DNA of 32,000 nt from an uncultured Chloroflexia bacterium (GCA_963718915.1 CAVRAI010000004.1:630001-662000); one strand, 5' to 3'; numbered from the stretch's first letter, positions 1 through 9,385 are shown. Numbers and translations are program-made. Notes: generated from the letters alone by a model not told the origin.

Positions 1-628
1 GCGTCAGCAACGGGCTGATCGTCAGCATCATGATGATGACGCCGATGACCGTTACGACAGATGTGATCAACTGCGTCAGGTTCTGTTGCAGCGTGGTGCT
101 GATGTTGTCCATGTCGTTGACCGCGCGGCTGAGAATCTCGCCGTGCGTCCGCGAGTCATAGTAGCGGAGCGGCAGGTGGGCAAGCTTCTCGTCTACCTGC
201 CTGCGCATCTGATAGACCGTCTTCTGCGCTACACCAGCCATGATGAACTGCTGGATGTAGCCAAAGATCGAGCTAATGAGATACAGCCCGGCCAGGATCA
301 GCAAAATGCGGTCGATATAGGCGAAATCGATGGTGGCGCCGGGAACATGCTGGAGCTTCAGCACGAATCCATCGAAGAGTTTCGTGATCGCGAGGCCAAG
401 GATCTTCGGGCCGACGATAGTGAAAATGGTGCTGAGTATCGCCGCCACCAGTACCGCGATCAGATAATACTTCTGCGGCCCAAAGTAGCGGAGCAGGCGG
501 AAGAGTGTTCCACGGAAGTCCTTGGCCTTCTGCACTGGCATGCCGAAGCCACCGCGCGGGCCAAACATCATTGGCCCCTGCTGCTGTCGTCTGGCTGTAG
601 AAGGTGACGTGCTTTGATTCTGGCTCAT
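1..628 (-). CDS. ABC transporter ATP-binding/permease protein, N-terminal part only (3' end runs off the left edge)
   Basis: Absent from the supplied ORF track because there is no stop in the window. The reverse-strand ATG at 628..626 translates to MSQNQSTSPS...FRGTLFRLLRYFGPQKYYLIAVLVAAILSTIF...YYDSRTHGEILSRAVNDMDNI, a typical N-terminal TMD of a type-I ABC exporter. The ATG overlaps the TGA (627..625) of the upstream ABC gene (ATGA coupling). The + ORF 86..607 is its antisense shadow. Confidence 0.85.
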   Translation of the reverse strand, partial: MSQNQSTSPSTARRQQQGPMMFGPRGGFGMPVQKAKDFRGTLFRLLRYFGPQKYYLIAVLVAAILSTIFTIVGPKILGLAITKLFDGFVLKLQHVPGATIDFAYIDRILLILAGLYLISSIFGYIQQFIMAGVAQKTVYQMRRQVDEKLAHLPLRYYDSRTHGEILSRAVNDMDNISTTLQQNLTQLITSVVTVIGVIIMMLTISPLLT

Positions 629-2352
629 GCGACTTCCTCCGCAGAGAGTTGCGACAGGACGATTTCGCGGTAGACTTCGCTTCGCTCCATCAAGTCGCGA
701 TGCGCGCCGATATCCACCATCCGGCCCTCGTCGAGGACGAGAATCTGGTCGGCATCCATGATCGTGCTGACACGCTGGGCGACTATCAGCACTGTGGCGT
801 TCGTCGTTTCATGTCGCAAGGCCGCGCGTAGTTTGGCGTCTGTGGCATAATCGAGCGCGGAAAAGCTGTCGTCGAAGATATAGACCTCAGGCTTGCGTAC
901 CAGCGCGCGCGCAATCGAGAGCCGCTGCTTCTGGCCACCTGAGAGATTCGTCCCACCCTGCGCGACGAGCGAATCAAAGCCGTCACTCAGGGTGCTCACG
1001 AATTCCGTGGCCTGCGCGACATCAGCCGCGTGGCGCACCTCCGCATCGGAGGCGTTCTCGTTACCGTAGCGAATGTTCTCGGCGACGGTGCCTGAGAAGA
1101 TCACCGCGGTCTGAGGTATCAGCCCCATTTTGGCGCGCAGCTCATCTTGCGAAAGCGCGCGCACGTCGACGTCGTCAACCAGCACCCTTCCGCTATCCAC
1201 ATCGTAGAACCGTGGAATCAGCGAGATGAGCGTGGACTTGCCAGCGCCTGTGCCGCCAATGATCGCCGTCACTTGGCCTGGCTGCGCCCGGAAAGAGATG
1301 TGCGATAGCGCTGGCTCTTCAGCGCCGGGATAGCTGAACGTAACGTCGTCGAACTCCACGTATCCAGATGCCAGGGATGTGTGTCGTGTATCTGGAGCAT
1401 CCGTGATCTCCGGGTTTATCGCCAGCACCTCATTGATGCGGGCTGCGGAGGCGGCGGCACGTGGCAGCATGATGAACATTGCCGAGAGCATCAGCATGGC
1501 GAAGAGTATCTGCATCGCATACTGCATGAAGGCGATTAGCGCGCCCACCTGCATCTCGCCATTGTTGATGCGGATGCTGCCAAACCAGACGATGGCGACG
1601 GTCGAGATGTTGAGCACGAGCATCATCAGCGGCCAGAGCACAGCAACGATGCGGTTGACGGTGATGGCGACGTTGGTCAGGTCGCGGTTGGCGACATCGA
1701 ACCGCTGCTCTTCATAGCCGTTGCGGTCGAAGGCACGGATGACGCGCGTGCCGGTCAGTCCCTCATCGAGAATCAGGTTGAGGCGGTCGAGCTTCTTCTG
1801 CATTGATGTGAAGAGCGGAATCGCCCGGTTAAAGATCAGGAAGATCGCGATCACCAGGAATGGAACGGCCACCACCAGAATCCAGGCTAGTGTCCTGTCC
1901 TCCGAGAGCGCCATGATGATGCCGCCAATTGCCATCATCGGCGCGGTCACCATCATCGTCATCATGATGACGAGTACCTGCTGTACCTGATTGGTATCGT
2001 TCGTCGTGCGCGTAATGAGCGAGGCCGTGCTGACGGTGTCGAACTCGTGCAGCGAGAAGTCTTCCACATGGGAAAACAGCTTGCCGCGGACGATGCGCCC
2101 GAAGCCCACGGCTACGCGCGCCGCGAAGAAGGCTCCGAAGATAGCGCAGATTGTGCCGCCGAGCGTGATCAGCAGCATCAAGCCGCCGGTACGCAAAATA
2201 TAGTCGTTGTCGCCTGTCACGATGCCCTGATCGACGATGTTCGCCATCAATGTGGGCAGATACAGGTTTGCCAGCGATTGCAGAAACGCCAGCACCAGCA
2301 CCAGCGCGACTAACGCGCGGTATGGCTTGAGAAACCGGAATAGCCGAATCAT
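625..2352 (-). CDS. ABC transporter ATP-binding/permease protein (fused TMD-NBD exporter half, likely heterodimer with the downstream gene)
   Basis: 575 aa. N-terminal six-helix TMD. Walker A GGTGAGKST, signature LSGGQKQR, Walker B VYIFDDSFSALD. ATG at 2352..2350 with GGAGTGGAG upstream. Confidence 0.95.
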   Translation of the reverse strand: MIRLFRFLKPYRALVALVLVLAFLQSLANLYLPTLMANIVDQGIVTGDNDYILRTGGLMLLITLGGTICAIFGAFFAARVAVGFGRIVRGKLFSHVEDFSLHEFDTVSTASLITRTTNDTNQVQQVLVIMMTMMVTAPMMAIGGIIMALSEDRTLAWILVVAVPFLVIAIFLIFNRAIPLFTSMQKKLDRLNLILDEGLTGTRVIRAFDRNGYEEQRFDVANRDLTNVAITVNRIVAVLWPLMMLVLNISTVAIVWFGSIRINNGEMQVGALIAFMQYAMQILFAMLMLSAMFIMLPRAAASAARINEVLAINPEITDAPDTRHTSLASGYVEFDDVTFSYPGAEEPALSHISFRAQPGQVTAIIGGTGAGKSTLISLIPRFYDVDSGRVLVDDVDVRALSQDELRAKMGLIPQTAVIFSGTVAENIRYGNENASDAEVRHAADVAQATEFVSTLSDGFDSLVAQGGTNLSGGQKQRLSIARALVRKPEVYIFDDSFSALDYATDAKLRAALRHETTNATVLIVAQRVSTIMDADQILVLDEGRMVDIGAHRDLMERSEVYREIVLSQLSAEEVA

Positions 2353-2461
2353 ACGAAATTCACTCCACTCCGCCTTTGAGGACGCAAACAGCCTGATACG
2401 AGACGGCAGGCCAGGGGTAATGGGTTGTGGCGAGTGGGCTACGCCACTCGTCTGAATGATA

Positions 2462-2498
2462 ACAAATAAGATATATCGTATTGTATCTTATTTGTCAA
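2462..2498 (-). promoter_or_regulatory. Candidate internal promoter overlapped by a perfect palindrome (probable TetR operator) upstream of the ABC exporter genes
   Basis: Perfect 12-bp inverted repeat ACAAATAAGATA (2462..2473) / TATCTTATTTGT (2484..2495) with a 10-nt spacer, in an AT-rich patch. On the minus strand: TTGACA (2498..2493), 17 nt, TATATC (2475..2470). Lies between the tetR stop (2495..2497) and the ABC start (2352). Confidence 0.5.
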
Positions 2499-3160
2499 GC
2501 GCTACCACACGCTTTACTTTGCCCAGGAGGCGCGCACATCTGGTCGGGAGAGACGCCTTTGAGAAAATAGCGGCTCAGATAGTTGACAACGACGGCAAGT
2601 GGCATCTGCTCTTCTTCCACCATGCGTTTGTAGGTGAACGGCGAGAGCAATCCGCCTAACAGGCTCACCATCAACACAGTTGGCATGTCGGGATCGAAAT
2701 CGCCACTCTGCTTGCCTTCCTCCAGAACTGCGGTAAGGCGCTGCAACGTCGGATTCCATAAGCCCTGCATGCTCTTCCGCGTCTCGGAGGCTTTGCTAAG
2801 GAATGTGGGGCTGTGCAGGATGGCGCTGAACACCTGAAACGATGGCTGCGACATCCCGCCGTAGGACTGCTCGATAATCATCCGCACTTTCTCACGAGGG
2901 GATGATGTTTCCGCGAGGATGATGTCGAGCTGCTCCGCGGATGACTGTACCCCACGTTGGAGCAGCGCGAGCACCAGGTCCTCTTTGCTGGGAAAATGCA
3001 AATAAATCGCTGTCCGTGAGATACCTACCCGGCTGGCGACCTCTTCCATCGACATGGCATCGTAGCTCTTCTCGGTAAGCACCTCGCTGGTCGCCCGCAA
3101 TATGAGCCGCTCGCGCTCCTGGCGCTGGCGTTCCTTCAAGGACGATGTCTGCGTTGTCAT
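2495..3160 (-). CDS. TetR/AcrR family transcriptional regulator
   Basis: N-terminal HTH LRATSEVLTEKSYDAMSMEEVASRVGISRTAIYLHFPSKEDL. The track start at 3166 is a GTG only 2 nt after GGGAGA. The ATG at 3160..3158 has 8-nt spacing from that SD and is preferred. Confidence 0.9.
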   Translation of the reverse strand: MTTQTSSLKERQRQERERLILRATSEVLTEKSYDAMSMEEVASRVGISRTAIYLHFPSKEDLVLALLQRGVQSSAEQLDIILAETSSPREKVRMIIEQSYGGMSQPSFQVFSAILHSPTFLSKASETRKSMQGLWNPTLQRLTAVLEEGKQSGDFDPDMPTVLMVSLLGGLLSPFTYKRMVEEEQMPLAVVVNYLSRYFLKGVSPDQMCAPPGQSKACGSA

Positions 3161-3186
3161 CGTCACGATCTCCCATCCGTTCGGTG

Positions 3187-3243
3187 ATTATAGACGTAAA
3201 TGTCAAACCGTGACAATGGTGTCACAAAATGGCGACCATGTCA
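3187..3243 (-). promoter_or_regulatory. Candidate tetR promoter with an array of TGTCA/TGACA half-sites
   Basis: Minus strand: TTGTCA (3216..3211), 18 nt, TATAAT (3192..3187), 26 nt upstream of ATG 3160. Plus strand shows TGTCA 3201..3205, TGACA 3211..3215, TGTCA 3220..3224 and TGTCA 3239..3243, forming two overlapping short palindromes. Confidence 0.4.
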
Positions 3244-3321
3244 AGTCAGATTTCTGCGTGTGGTTTCGGGCATGGCAAATTCGTCGAATGGGGACGCTAT
3301 AACCGCAAGGAAGAAGATGGC

Positions 3322-4164
3322 CTATTGCTTCGCGTTCTCAGAAGTTTCATCAGTCAATACGTCCGCCAGAATGTCGGGCCGGTCGGTCATAAGGCCATCT
3401 ACGCCTAGCGCCAGCAGCGCCTCCATGTGGCTGCGCTCATCCACCGTCCATACGTGGAGATCTATGCCCAGGCGGTGCGCGGCCTCGACCGTTGTGCGCG
3501 AGACGATCCGCACAGATCCGTAGATATCTGGCGTCTGGAGCGCGTCATAGGCGGGACGTAGCCAATTGGTCGTATGCGAGAGGGCGGCGAGCAGGAAATT
3601 GCGCACCTCGCGTGGGCTGGCTGATGTGGCGACGCGACCACCAGTCAGACGGCGAAAGCGAGCGAGCGCGGCATGCGTGAAACAGCCCGCGCAGATGCGG
3701 TCCTCCGCCGCGAACTCCTGCATCAGCGTCCAGAGGCGCGTTTCGCGGTCAGGCGTGCTTTCCTTCAGGTCGATGTTGATGCGGATGTCAGGAAATCGCT
3801 CGAAAACCTGACGCAAGGTCGGGATCGTGATGCCCTGTCCGCGATAGGGGAAAGTCGCGCCACCATCGGCTGTGAAGCGATAGCCTGCGTCGAAGGCGCG
3901 CAACTCATCCAGTGAATAGCTGGCGACAGGCCCGCTGCCGCTGGTGGTGCGATCCAGCGTAGGATCGTGGATAACCACTAGCTCGCCGTCACGACCCTGC
4001 TGGATATCCAGTTCGAGCGCATCGGCGCCAAGCGATATGCCGTGCTCGAATGCGGGCATGGTATTTTCCGGGCGCAGCAGCGAGCCGCCACGGTGCGCGA
4101 AAAAGAGTGGCGCATTGTGTTGCATGAATGGGCGGCGAACCGACTTCTGGCGGGCGCTCGACAT
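3322..4164 (-). CDS. Glycerophosphodiester phosphodiesterase (GDPD) family protein
   Basis: FFAHRGGSLLRPENTMPAF, LELDIQ and VVIHDPTLDRTT motifs. ATG 4164..4162 is preceded by CCAGGAGCC (SD). The longest ORF start at 4260 adds 32 non-conserved residues. Confidence 0.85.
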   Translation of the reverse strand: MSSARQKSVRRPFMQHNAPLFFAHRGGSLLRPENTMPAFEHGISLGADALELDIQQGRDGELVVIHDPTLDRTTSGSGPVASYSLDELRAFDAGYRFTADGGATFPYRGQGITIPTLRQVFERFPDIRINIDLKESTPDRETRLWTLMQEFAAEDRICAGCFTHAALARFRRLTGGRVATSASPREVRNFLLAALSHTTNWLRPAYDALQTPDIYGSVRIVSRTTVEAAHRLGIDLHVWTVDERSHMEALLALGVDGLMTDRPDILADVLTDETSENAKQ

Positions 4165-4278
4165 GGCAGGTGGCTCCTGGGACTCGTTAACTCTTCCGTC
4201 GGAGCAAGCTTCATCGCTATTGTACCGCCGAACCACCCGTGAGAACAGCGGATGACGCAAGTGGTAGATGCATGGACG

Positions 4279-5505
4279 TTATGGCGCGACGACGGGAGAG
4301 GCGTAGATCAAGCCGCCATCGTCATATTTCCATGCGAGCGCGCCGTCACTGGCGCGAAAGGCGTAGACGCTGCCTTTCTCGGTTGTCGAGTAGACGGCGC
4401 CGTCGGCAATCGCGGGCGCTGAGTCTACCGAGCCGTCTACAGTATGCCGCCAGTGTAGTGTGCCAGTAGTCGCATCAAGCGCCTCGACCACACCGCTCTC
4501 GCCACCGACGTAGACGATACCACCAGCCACCGCTGGCGCCGCGCCAGTTGGGAGCGCAGGCAGATTATCCGATTTGGCGATTGTGATGTGCCAACCGACT
4601 CTGCCGGACCCTGGATTAACCTGATACAGCGAGGAGTCGAGCACGCCAATGAAAAGGCTCGTACCGTCGAAGGCGGGGCGGGTAATCACGGAGTCATTCG
4701 CCTGAAATTGCCAGCGGATGGCGCCTGTATCAGCATCCAGCGCATAGAACGACGCTTGAGTATAGCCATTGGCGCCAACATACACAGTGTTGCCCGCCAG
4801 TAGCGGGTAGCTGTCGAAGCCCTGTGGCTCAGATATTTGCCAGACGATCTTGCCAGTAGCTTCATCGAGCGCATAAAAGGCATTGGTTCCGTTACCAGAG
4901 CTCACATAGACCTTGCCTCGGCCAACGGCTGGCGCCGCGTAGATATGTCCTTTGCTGCCGGGCAGGGTGAAAAGCCAGCGCTCTTTGCCCGTTTGCGCAT
5001 CAAGCGCGTAGACTGTGCCGCCATCGCTGGCGACATACAGAGTGTTGCCGTCGAGCGCGGGATAACCATCGATGCCGACCTGCGCGCTGACATTCACAGT
5101 GCGTTGAAAGCGCCAGCGTATATGTCCGGTGGCGGCGTCAACGGCATAGACGTAGCCATCCTGCGGCGCGAAGTAGATGACACCGTTGGCGACGATGGGC
5201 CTGCCAATCATCCCTGCCGTCGGCAGTCTCCAGCGCGCCGCGCCAGTCTGCGCGTTCAACGCGATGAGCGCCCATCCTGAAGGGGCGATGGCAACCGGTG
5301 AGGCGTTGATGACATAGAGCGTTTCGCTGGCGAGCTGTGCGTCCAGCGGGACTGTTGGCGTCACGCGCGGATGGGTTGTGGCAGTTGATGCGCCAGTTTC
5401 GCAGGCGGCCAGAGCGAACAGCATAAGGGCGAGGAGCGGGAAGATGCGCCGCGCGCGAAAGTAGCCGAGCGGAAGGCGTGACAATCGTCGCGAAGGGTTT
5501 TCCAT
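4279..5505 (-). CDS. PQQ-like beta-propeller repeat lipoprotein (BamB-like fold)
   Basis: Six or more repeats of the type VYALDAQTGKERW / FYALDADTGAIRW / VEALDATTGTLHW. Signal peptide with lipobox LFALAAC. SD AAAGGAGGA lies 5 nt upstream of ATG 5505. Confidence 0.85.
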   Translation of the reverse strand: MENPSRRLSRLPLGYFRARRIFPLLALMLFALAACETGASTATTHPRVTPTVPLDAQLASETLYVINASPVAIAPSGWALIALNAQTGAARWRLPTAGMIGRPIVANGVIYFAPQDGYVYAVDAATGHIRWRFQRTVNVSAQVGIDGYPALDGNTLYVASDGGTVYALDAQTGKERWLFTLPGSKGHIYAAPAVGRGKVYVSSGNGTNAFYALDEATGKIVWQISEPQGFDSYPLLAGNTVYVGANGYTQASFYALDADTGAIRWQFQANDSVITRPAFDGTSLFIGVLDSSLYQVNPGSGRVGWHITIAKSDNLPALPTGAAPAVAGGIVYVGGESGVVEALDATTGTLHWRHTVDGSVDSAPAIADGAVYSTTEKGSVYAFRASDGALAWKYDDGGLIYASPVVAP

Positions 5506-5730
5506 GGGCGTCCTCCTTTATACGGAGGAGACGCCTGCGTTCCAAGTTTTTTACGTCGCTTGCTGCGAACGCATGGCGGCTGGTACCCAATGCTCAAGGA
5601 AGGGAGGCGGGAGATACGAAGGCGAGGGTAGTGTTAGCGCTACGTTCTATCTGGCCACGAAATCTGAGTCATAGGTTCCCGTTGTGCTACGATTGCTGAC
5701 GTCTTCTCGTCTGCATAAATAAGTCTTTTG

Positions 5731-5756
5731 GAGAAGATTGGTAGAGAAGATTGGTA
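5731..5756. repeat. Perfect tandem duplication of a 13-mer, GAGAAGATTGGTA x2
   Basis: Read directly: 5731..5743 and 5744..5756 are identical. AT-rich divergent intergenic region between the PQQ lipoprotein and kinase genes, followed by TATACT. Confidence 0.6.
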
Positions 5757-5863
5757 TACTGGTCTGTGTGGCGACGCGAGATCTGTCGCATCGTGTAGAG
5801 TGATGAGTAATGACGTAGGTTGCGCGGATGAACAGGGCATAATGGGAGGACGGCAACACGCGC

Positions 5864-7429
5864 ATGCAGCTCGATCACCAGCAACGCTATCCTCAACGGC
5901 CGCTGCCTGAACAGTCCGCGCCGACCATTCCACAGCCGCCAGCGCTGGCCCCCGGTATATCACTGGCGCAGGGCCGATACCTGATTCAGGGGTACATTGG
6001 CGGCGGTGGATTCGGCCATATCTATCGCGCCCAGGACACAATGCTGCATCACTATCGCGCGCTGAAAGAGGCGTTTAGCAGCGATCTGCACGCGCGCCGC
6101 CAGTTTCGCCTCGAAGCGGAGTTCCTGCTCAATGTACGACATCCGAACCTCGTCTCAGCCTACGCGGTCTTTGAGGAAAACAATCGCCTGTATCTCGTCA
6201 TGGATTACATCGATGGACAAACACTGGAAGATATCGCTATCAACCATATCCGCAAAACAGGCCGCCCACTTGGCGAGACGCAGGTGCTTGACTGGATCAT
6301 CCCTATCTGCGACGCGGCCGTCGCATTGCATCAGCAGCCGGTGCCAATTATCCATCGTGATATCAAGCCTGCTAACATCAAGTTGAGCATCAGCACGGGT
6401 GAGCCAGTATTAATGGATCTGGGGCTGGCAAAGCTGTATGCTCGCGGGACGCAGACCATTGGCGCGGCGCTCGCCTTCACCCCTGGCTACGCGCCCCCTG
6501 AGCAGTATCAGGCGGTTGGCGCCACAGACCAGCGAACGGATGTCTATGGGCTTGGCGCAACGCTCTATTATCTGCTGACCGGTTACCAGCCGACCGAAGC
6601 TCCAGCGCGGTTGAGCGCCCATGCGTTACGCGCTCCATTTGTCCTCAATCCACTGCTGAGCAAGCGGACGAATGATGTGGTGCTGCGCGCCATGGAGCTT
6701 GATCCCGCGGCTCGCCAGCAGACGGCGCGGGAGTTGGCGGATGAGCTTACCGAGGCGCGGCGGGCGCTGACGCCGCGTGGCGCATTGTCTGGGACACCCA
6801 TTCGCCGACAGACAAAGATGCCAACGCAGACTCCAAGCAGTGGATGGCTCTGCGTGCTGTGTGGCGCGCGTAACCGCAATGATGCGCGGTTCTGCCAGAA
6901 GTGCGGCCAACCAGTGGAGGAGCAGAACGTGGTCGCACGCGATTCCGACGTGCCCGATTTTGCCCCTGAGGATAACACCCCGACAACGCCTGCGCCGCAT
7001 CGCGTCGTCCTGGTACAGCCACGACCGCAGGCGCAGCCTCAGTTATCGCCCCGGCAGCAACGTCCGCTCGAAGTTGAGCGGCCGCGTGATATGTCATTTT
7101 CGCTATCCGCGTCGAGCGGACTGCCGCCAGTTTCGCCGACGCCGGTGCGGATGCCGTGGAGCAGGAATTTGAGCGTTCCGGCGAGTCAGCATGAGGCATG
7201 GGTCAGCATCTTCGCGTTTCTGGCAATTGTCTGTGCGGCAATGAGCCTGATGGCCCTCTTTGCGCGTCCGACGCTGCTCTTTGCGATTCCGGCCATTATC
7301 CTCGGCTACTGGAGCATGCGCCAGCGGCATATACAATCAGAGTTTCGTTGGTTGGGGATTGGCGCTTTCATCGTTGGAGTCCTCTGGCTGGCGCTCTGGA
7401 TTGTGCTGTTGCTGACAGGTCACCTCTAA
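5864..7429 (+). CDS. Serine/threonine protein kinase with zinc ribbon and C-terminal membrane anchor
   Basis: Gly-loop GGGGFGHIY, catalytic loop HRDIKPANIKL, DLG (DFG variant), TPGYAPPEQ. Zinc ribbon CVLCGARNRNDARFCQKCG. Pro-rich linker followed by two or three C-terminal TM helices. Confidence 0.9.
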   Translation: MQLDHQQRYPQRPLPEQSAPTIPQPPALAPGISLAQGRYLIQGYIGGGGFGHIYRAQDTMLHHYRALKEAFSSDLHARRQFRLEAEFLLNVRHPNLVSAYAVFEENNRLYLVMDYIDGQTLEDIAINHIRKTGRPLGETQVLDWIIPICDAAVALHQQPVPIIHRDIKPANIKLSISTGEPVLMDLGLAKLYARGTQTIGAALAFTPGYAPPEQYQAVGATDQRTDVYGLGATLYYLLTGYQPTEAPARLSAHALRAPFVLNPLLSKRTNDVVLRAMELDPAARQQTARELADELTEARRALTPRGALSGTPIRRQTKMPTQTPSSGWLCVLCGARNRNDARFCQKCGQPVEEQNVVARDSDVPDFAPEDNTPTTPAPHRVVLVQPRPQAQPQLSPRQQRPLEVERPRDMSFSLSASSGLPPVSPTPVRMPWSRNLSVPASQHEAWVSIFAFLAIVCAAMSLMALFARPTLLFAIPAIILGYWSMRQRHIQSEFRWLGIGAFIVGVLWLALWIVLLLTGHL

Positions 7430-7669
7430 CGGCTAACGGCCCAACGCCCATCGAGTCGCGTCACCTCGCCTCATCGTATGTGTCAACCATATGATTCGGA
7501 TGAATCCCGACGTAGCTGGCCGCCGGGGTGGTACAGTCATATGGTGATTTGTGGTTGTCTCTGGCTGGGCGCAACCCATAGCATGACACCTGAACATCCC
7601 GCACGCGAGAACGTATCGCTCGGCGGGGATTCGAGATAACGATTGTTTTGAGTGAGGGTTTGAAGAACG

Positions 7670-9385
7670 ATGAGTCATCAACGTAACCGACAACATGGGC
7701 GTGAGCAACAACGGACGCGCCATCCCCTGCGCATCGTGCCGCTTGGTGGGCTGGGTGAGATTGGCAAAAATATGATGGCCGTAGAGTACGGCGAGGACAT
7801 CATTATCATCGATGCGGGGCTGATGTTTCCTGATGAGGAGATGCTCGGCGTCGATCTGGTCATTCCCGACACCACCTATCTGAATGATAAACTGGAGCGT
7901 ATTCGTGGCATCTTCATCACCCATGGCCACGAGGATCACATTGGCGGACTGCCCTATGTGCTGCCCCGACTTAATTTCCCACCTGTCTACTCGCTGAAGC
8001 TGACCATCGGCCTGATTGGCGTCAAGCTGCGCGAGCACCGCCAGCTCGACCTCGCGACTCTGAATGAGGTAGATCCGACGACATCGGTGCGCGCGGGACA
8101 GTTCACTGTGAGCTTTGTCCGGGTCAATCACAGCATTCCTGACGCCGTCGCGGTCGTGGTGCGCACTCCAGTGGGCATCCTTGTGCATACCGGCGATTAC
8201 AAATTTGACTACACGCCAGTGGAGCAGCCACCCGCCGATATCGCGGGCCTGGCGCGGCTCGGCGAAGAAGGTGTGCTGGTGCTCTGTGGCGATTCCACCC
8301 GTGTCGAGTCGTCTGGCTTCACGCCGTCTGAGCGTGTCTTGAACACAACATTCGACGAGGTGTTCGCTCATGCGCAAGGGCGCATCCTGATTGCCACCTT
8401 CGCCTCGCTGATCTCGCGGGTGCAGCAGGTTATCAATGCGGCGGAGCAGCATGGGCGTAAAGTCGCGCTGGTGGGTCGCTCGATGGTCAACAATGCGCAG
8501 ATGGCGATTGAGCTAGGCTATCTACGGGTTCCCGCTGGTATGCTGATCCGCGCGGAGGATATTGGCCATGTGCCCGCCAACGAGCTGGCGATCATCTGCA
8601 CTGGAAGCCAGGGCGAGCCAACCTCGGCGCTGACCCGCATCGCCAATGGCGATCATCGGCTGGTGCAGATTCAGCTGGGTGATACGGTCGTGCTCAGTTC
8701 TACGCCCATCGTCGGCAATGAGCGCGCCGTCTCACGCAATATCGATAACCTCATCAAGTTGGGCGCTGATGTGCTTTATCAGGGCAAGCTTCAGGTGCAT
8801 GTCTCGGGGCATGGCAGCCGTGAGGAAGTCAAGCTGATGCTGGCGTTGCTGCGGCCGCGCTATGTGATGCCGGTTCATGGTGAGTATCGAATGCTGGCGG
8901 AGCATGCCAGAGTCGCGGTAGAGATGGGGGTCGCGCCGGAGAATGTTGTGGTGGCGCAGGATGGCGATGTGATTGAGGTCTCGCCAGACAGCGGCATCGA
9001 GATTGTCGATCACGTGCCGTGCGGCAATGTGTACGTCGATGGCCTGGGGGTTGGCGATATCGGCCAGGTGGTGTTGCGCGACCGACGACTCCTCTCCAGT
9101 GATGGCGTTCTCGTCGTGGTGGTCACGGTAGATAGCGATACCGGCGAGCTTGCTGCTGGGCCTGATATCATCTCGCGAGGCTTCGTCTACGAACGCGAGT
9201 CAGAGGGAATACTCGAAGGCGCGCGCGCGGTGGTGGAGCGAGCCATTACGCGGCACACGCAGCAGCGCGGACACGTGGTGGACTGGAATTTCATCAAGAA
9301 CAAGATCCGTGACTCGGTCAGCGAATACGTCTATCAGCAGATCAAGCGCCGCCCGATGATTCTTCCAGTCGTGGTCGAAGTCTAG
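7670..9385 (+). CDS. rnj: Ribonuclease J
   Basis: 571 aa. N-terminal LRIVPLGGLGEIGKNMMAVEY, metallo-beta-lactamase motif HGHEDHIG, beta-CASP region, C-terminal domain. Length and order are typical of RNase J. Confidence 0.95.
   Translation: MSHQRNRQHGREQQRTRHPLRIVPLGGLGEIGKNMMAVEYGEDIIIIDAGLMFPDEEMLGVDLVIPDTTYLNDKLERIRGIFITHGHEDHIGGLPYVLPRLNFPPVYSLKLTIGLIGVKLREHRQLDLATLNEVDPTTSVRAGQFTVSFVRVNHSIPDAVAVVVRTPVGILVHTGDYKFDYTPVEQPPADIAGLARLGEEGVLVLCGDSTRVESSGFTPSERVLNTTFDEVFAHAQGRILIATFASLISRVQQVINAAEQHGRKVALVGRSMVNNAQMAIELGYLRVPAGMLIRAEDIGHVPANELAIICTGSQGEPTSALTRIANGDHRLVQIQLGDTVVLSSTPIVGNERAVSRNIDNLIKLGADVLYQGKLQVHVSGHGSREEVKLMLALLRPRYVMPVHGEYRMLAEHARVAVEMGVAPENVVVAQDGDVIEVSPDSGIEIVDHVPCGNVYVDGLGVGDIGQVVLRDRRLLSSDGVLVVVVTVDSDTGELAAGPDIISRGFVYERESEGILEGARAVVERAITRHTQQRGHVVDWNFIKNKIRDSVSEYVYQQIKRRPMILPVVVEV

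Noticed and set aside
86-607. 173-aa + strand ORF
   Set aside because: It is antisense to the clearly recognisable N-terminal TMD of the second ABC exporter gene (1..628, minus). It has an Arg/Glu-rich low-complexity composition and no motifs.
7433-8452. 339-aa minus-strand ORF
   Set aside because: It is antisense to RNase J. Its Arg/His-rich composition is typical of shadow ORFs in high-GC DNA.
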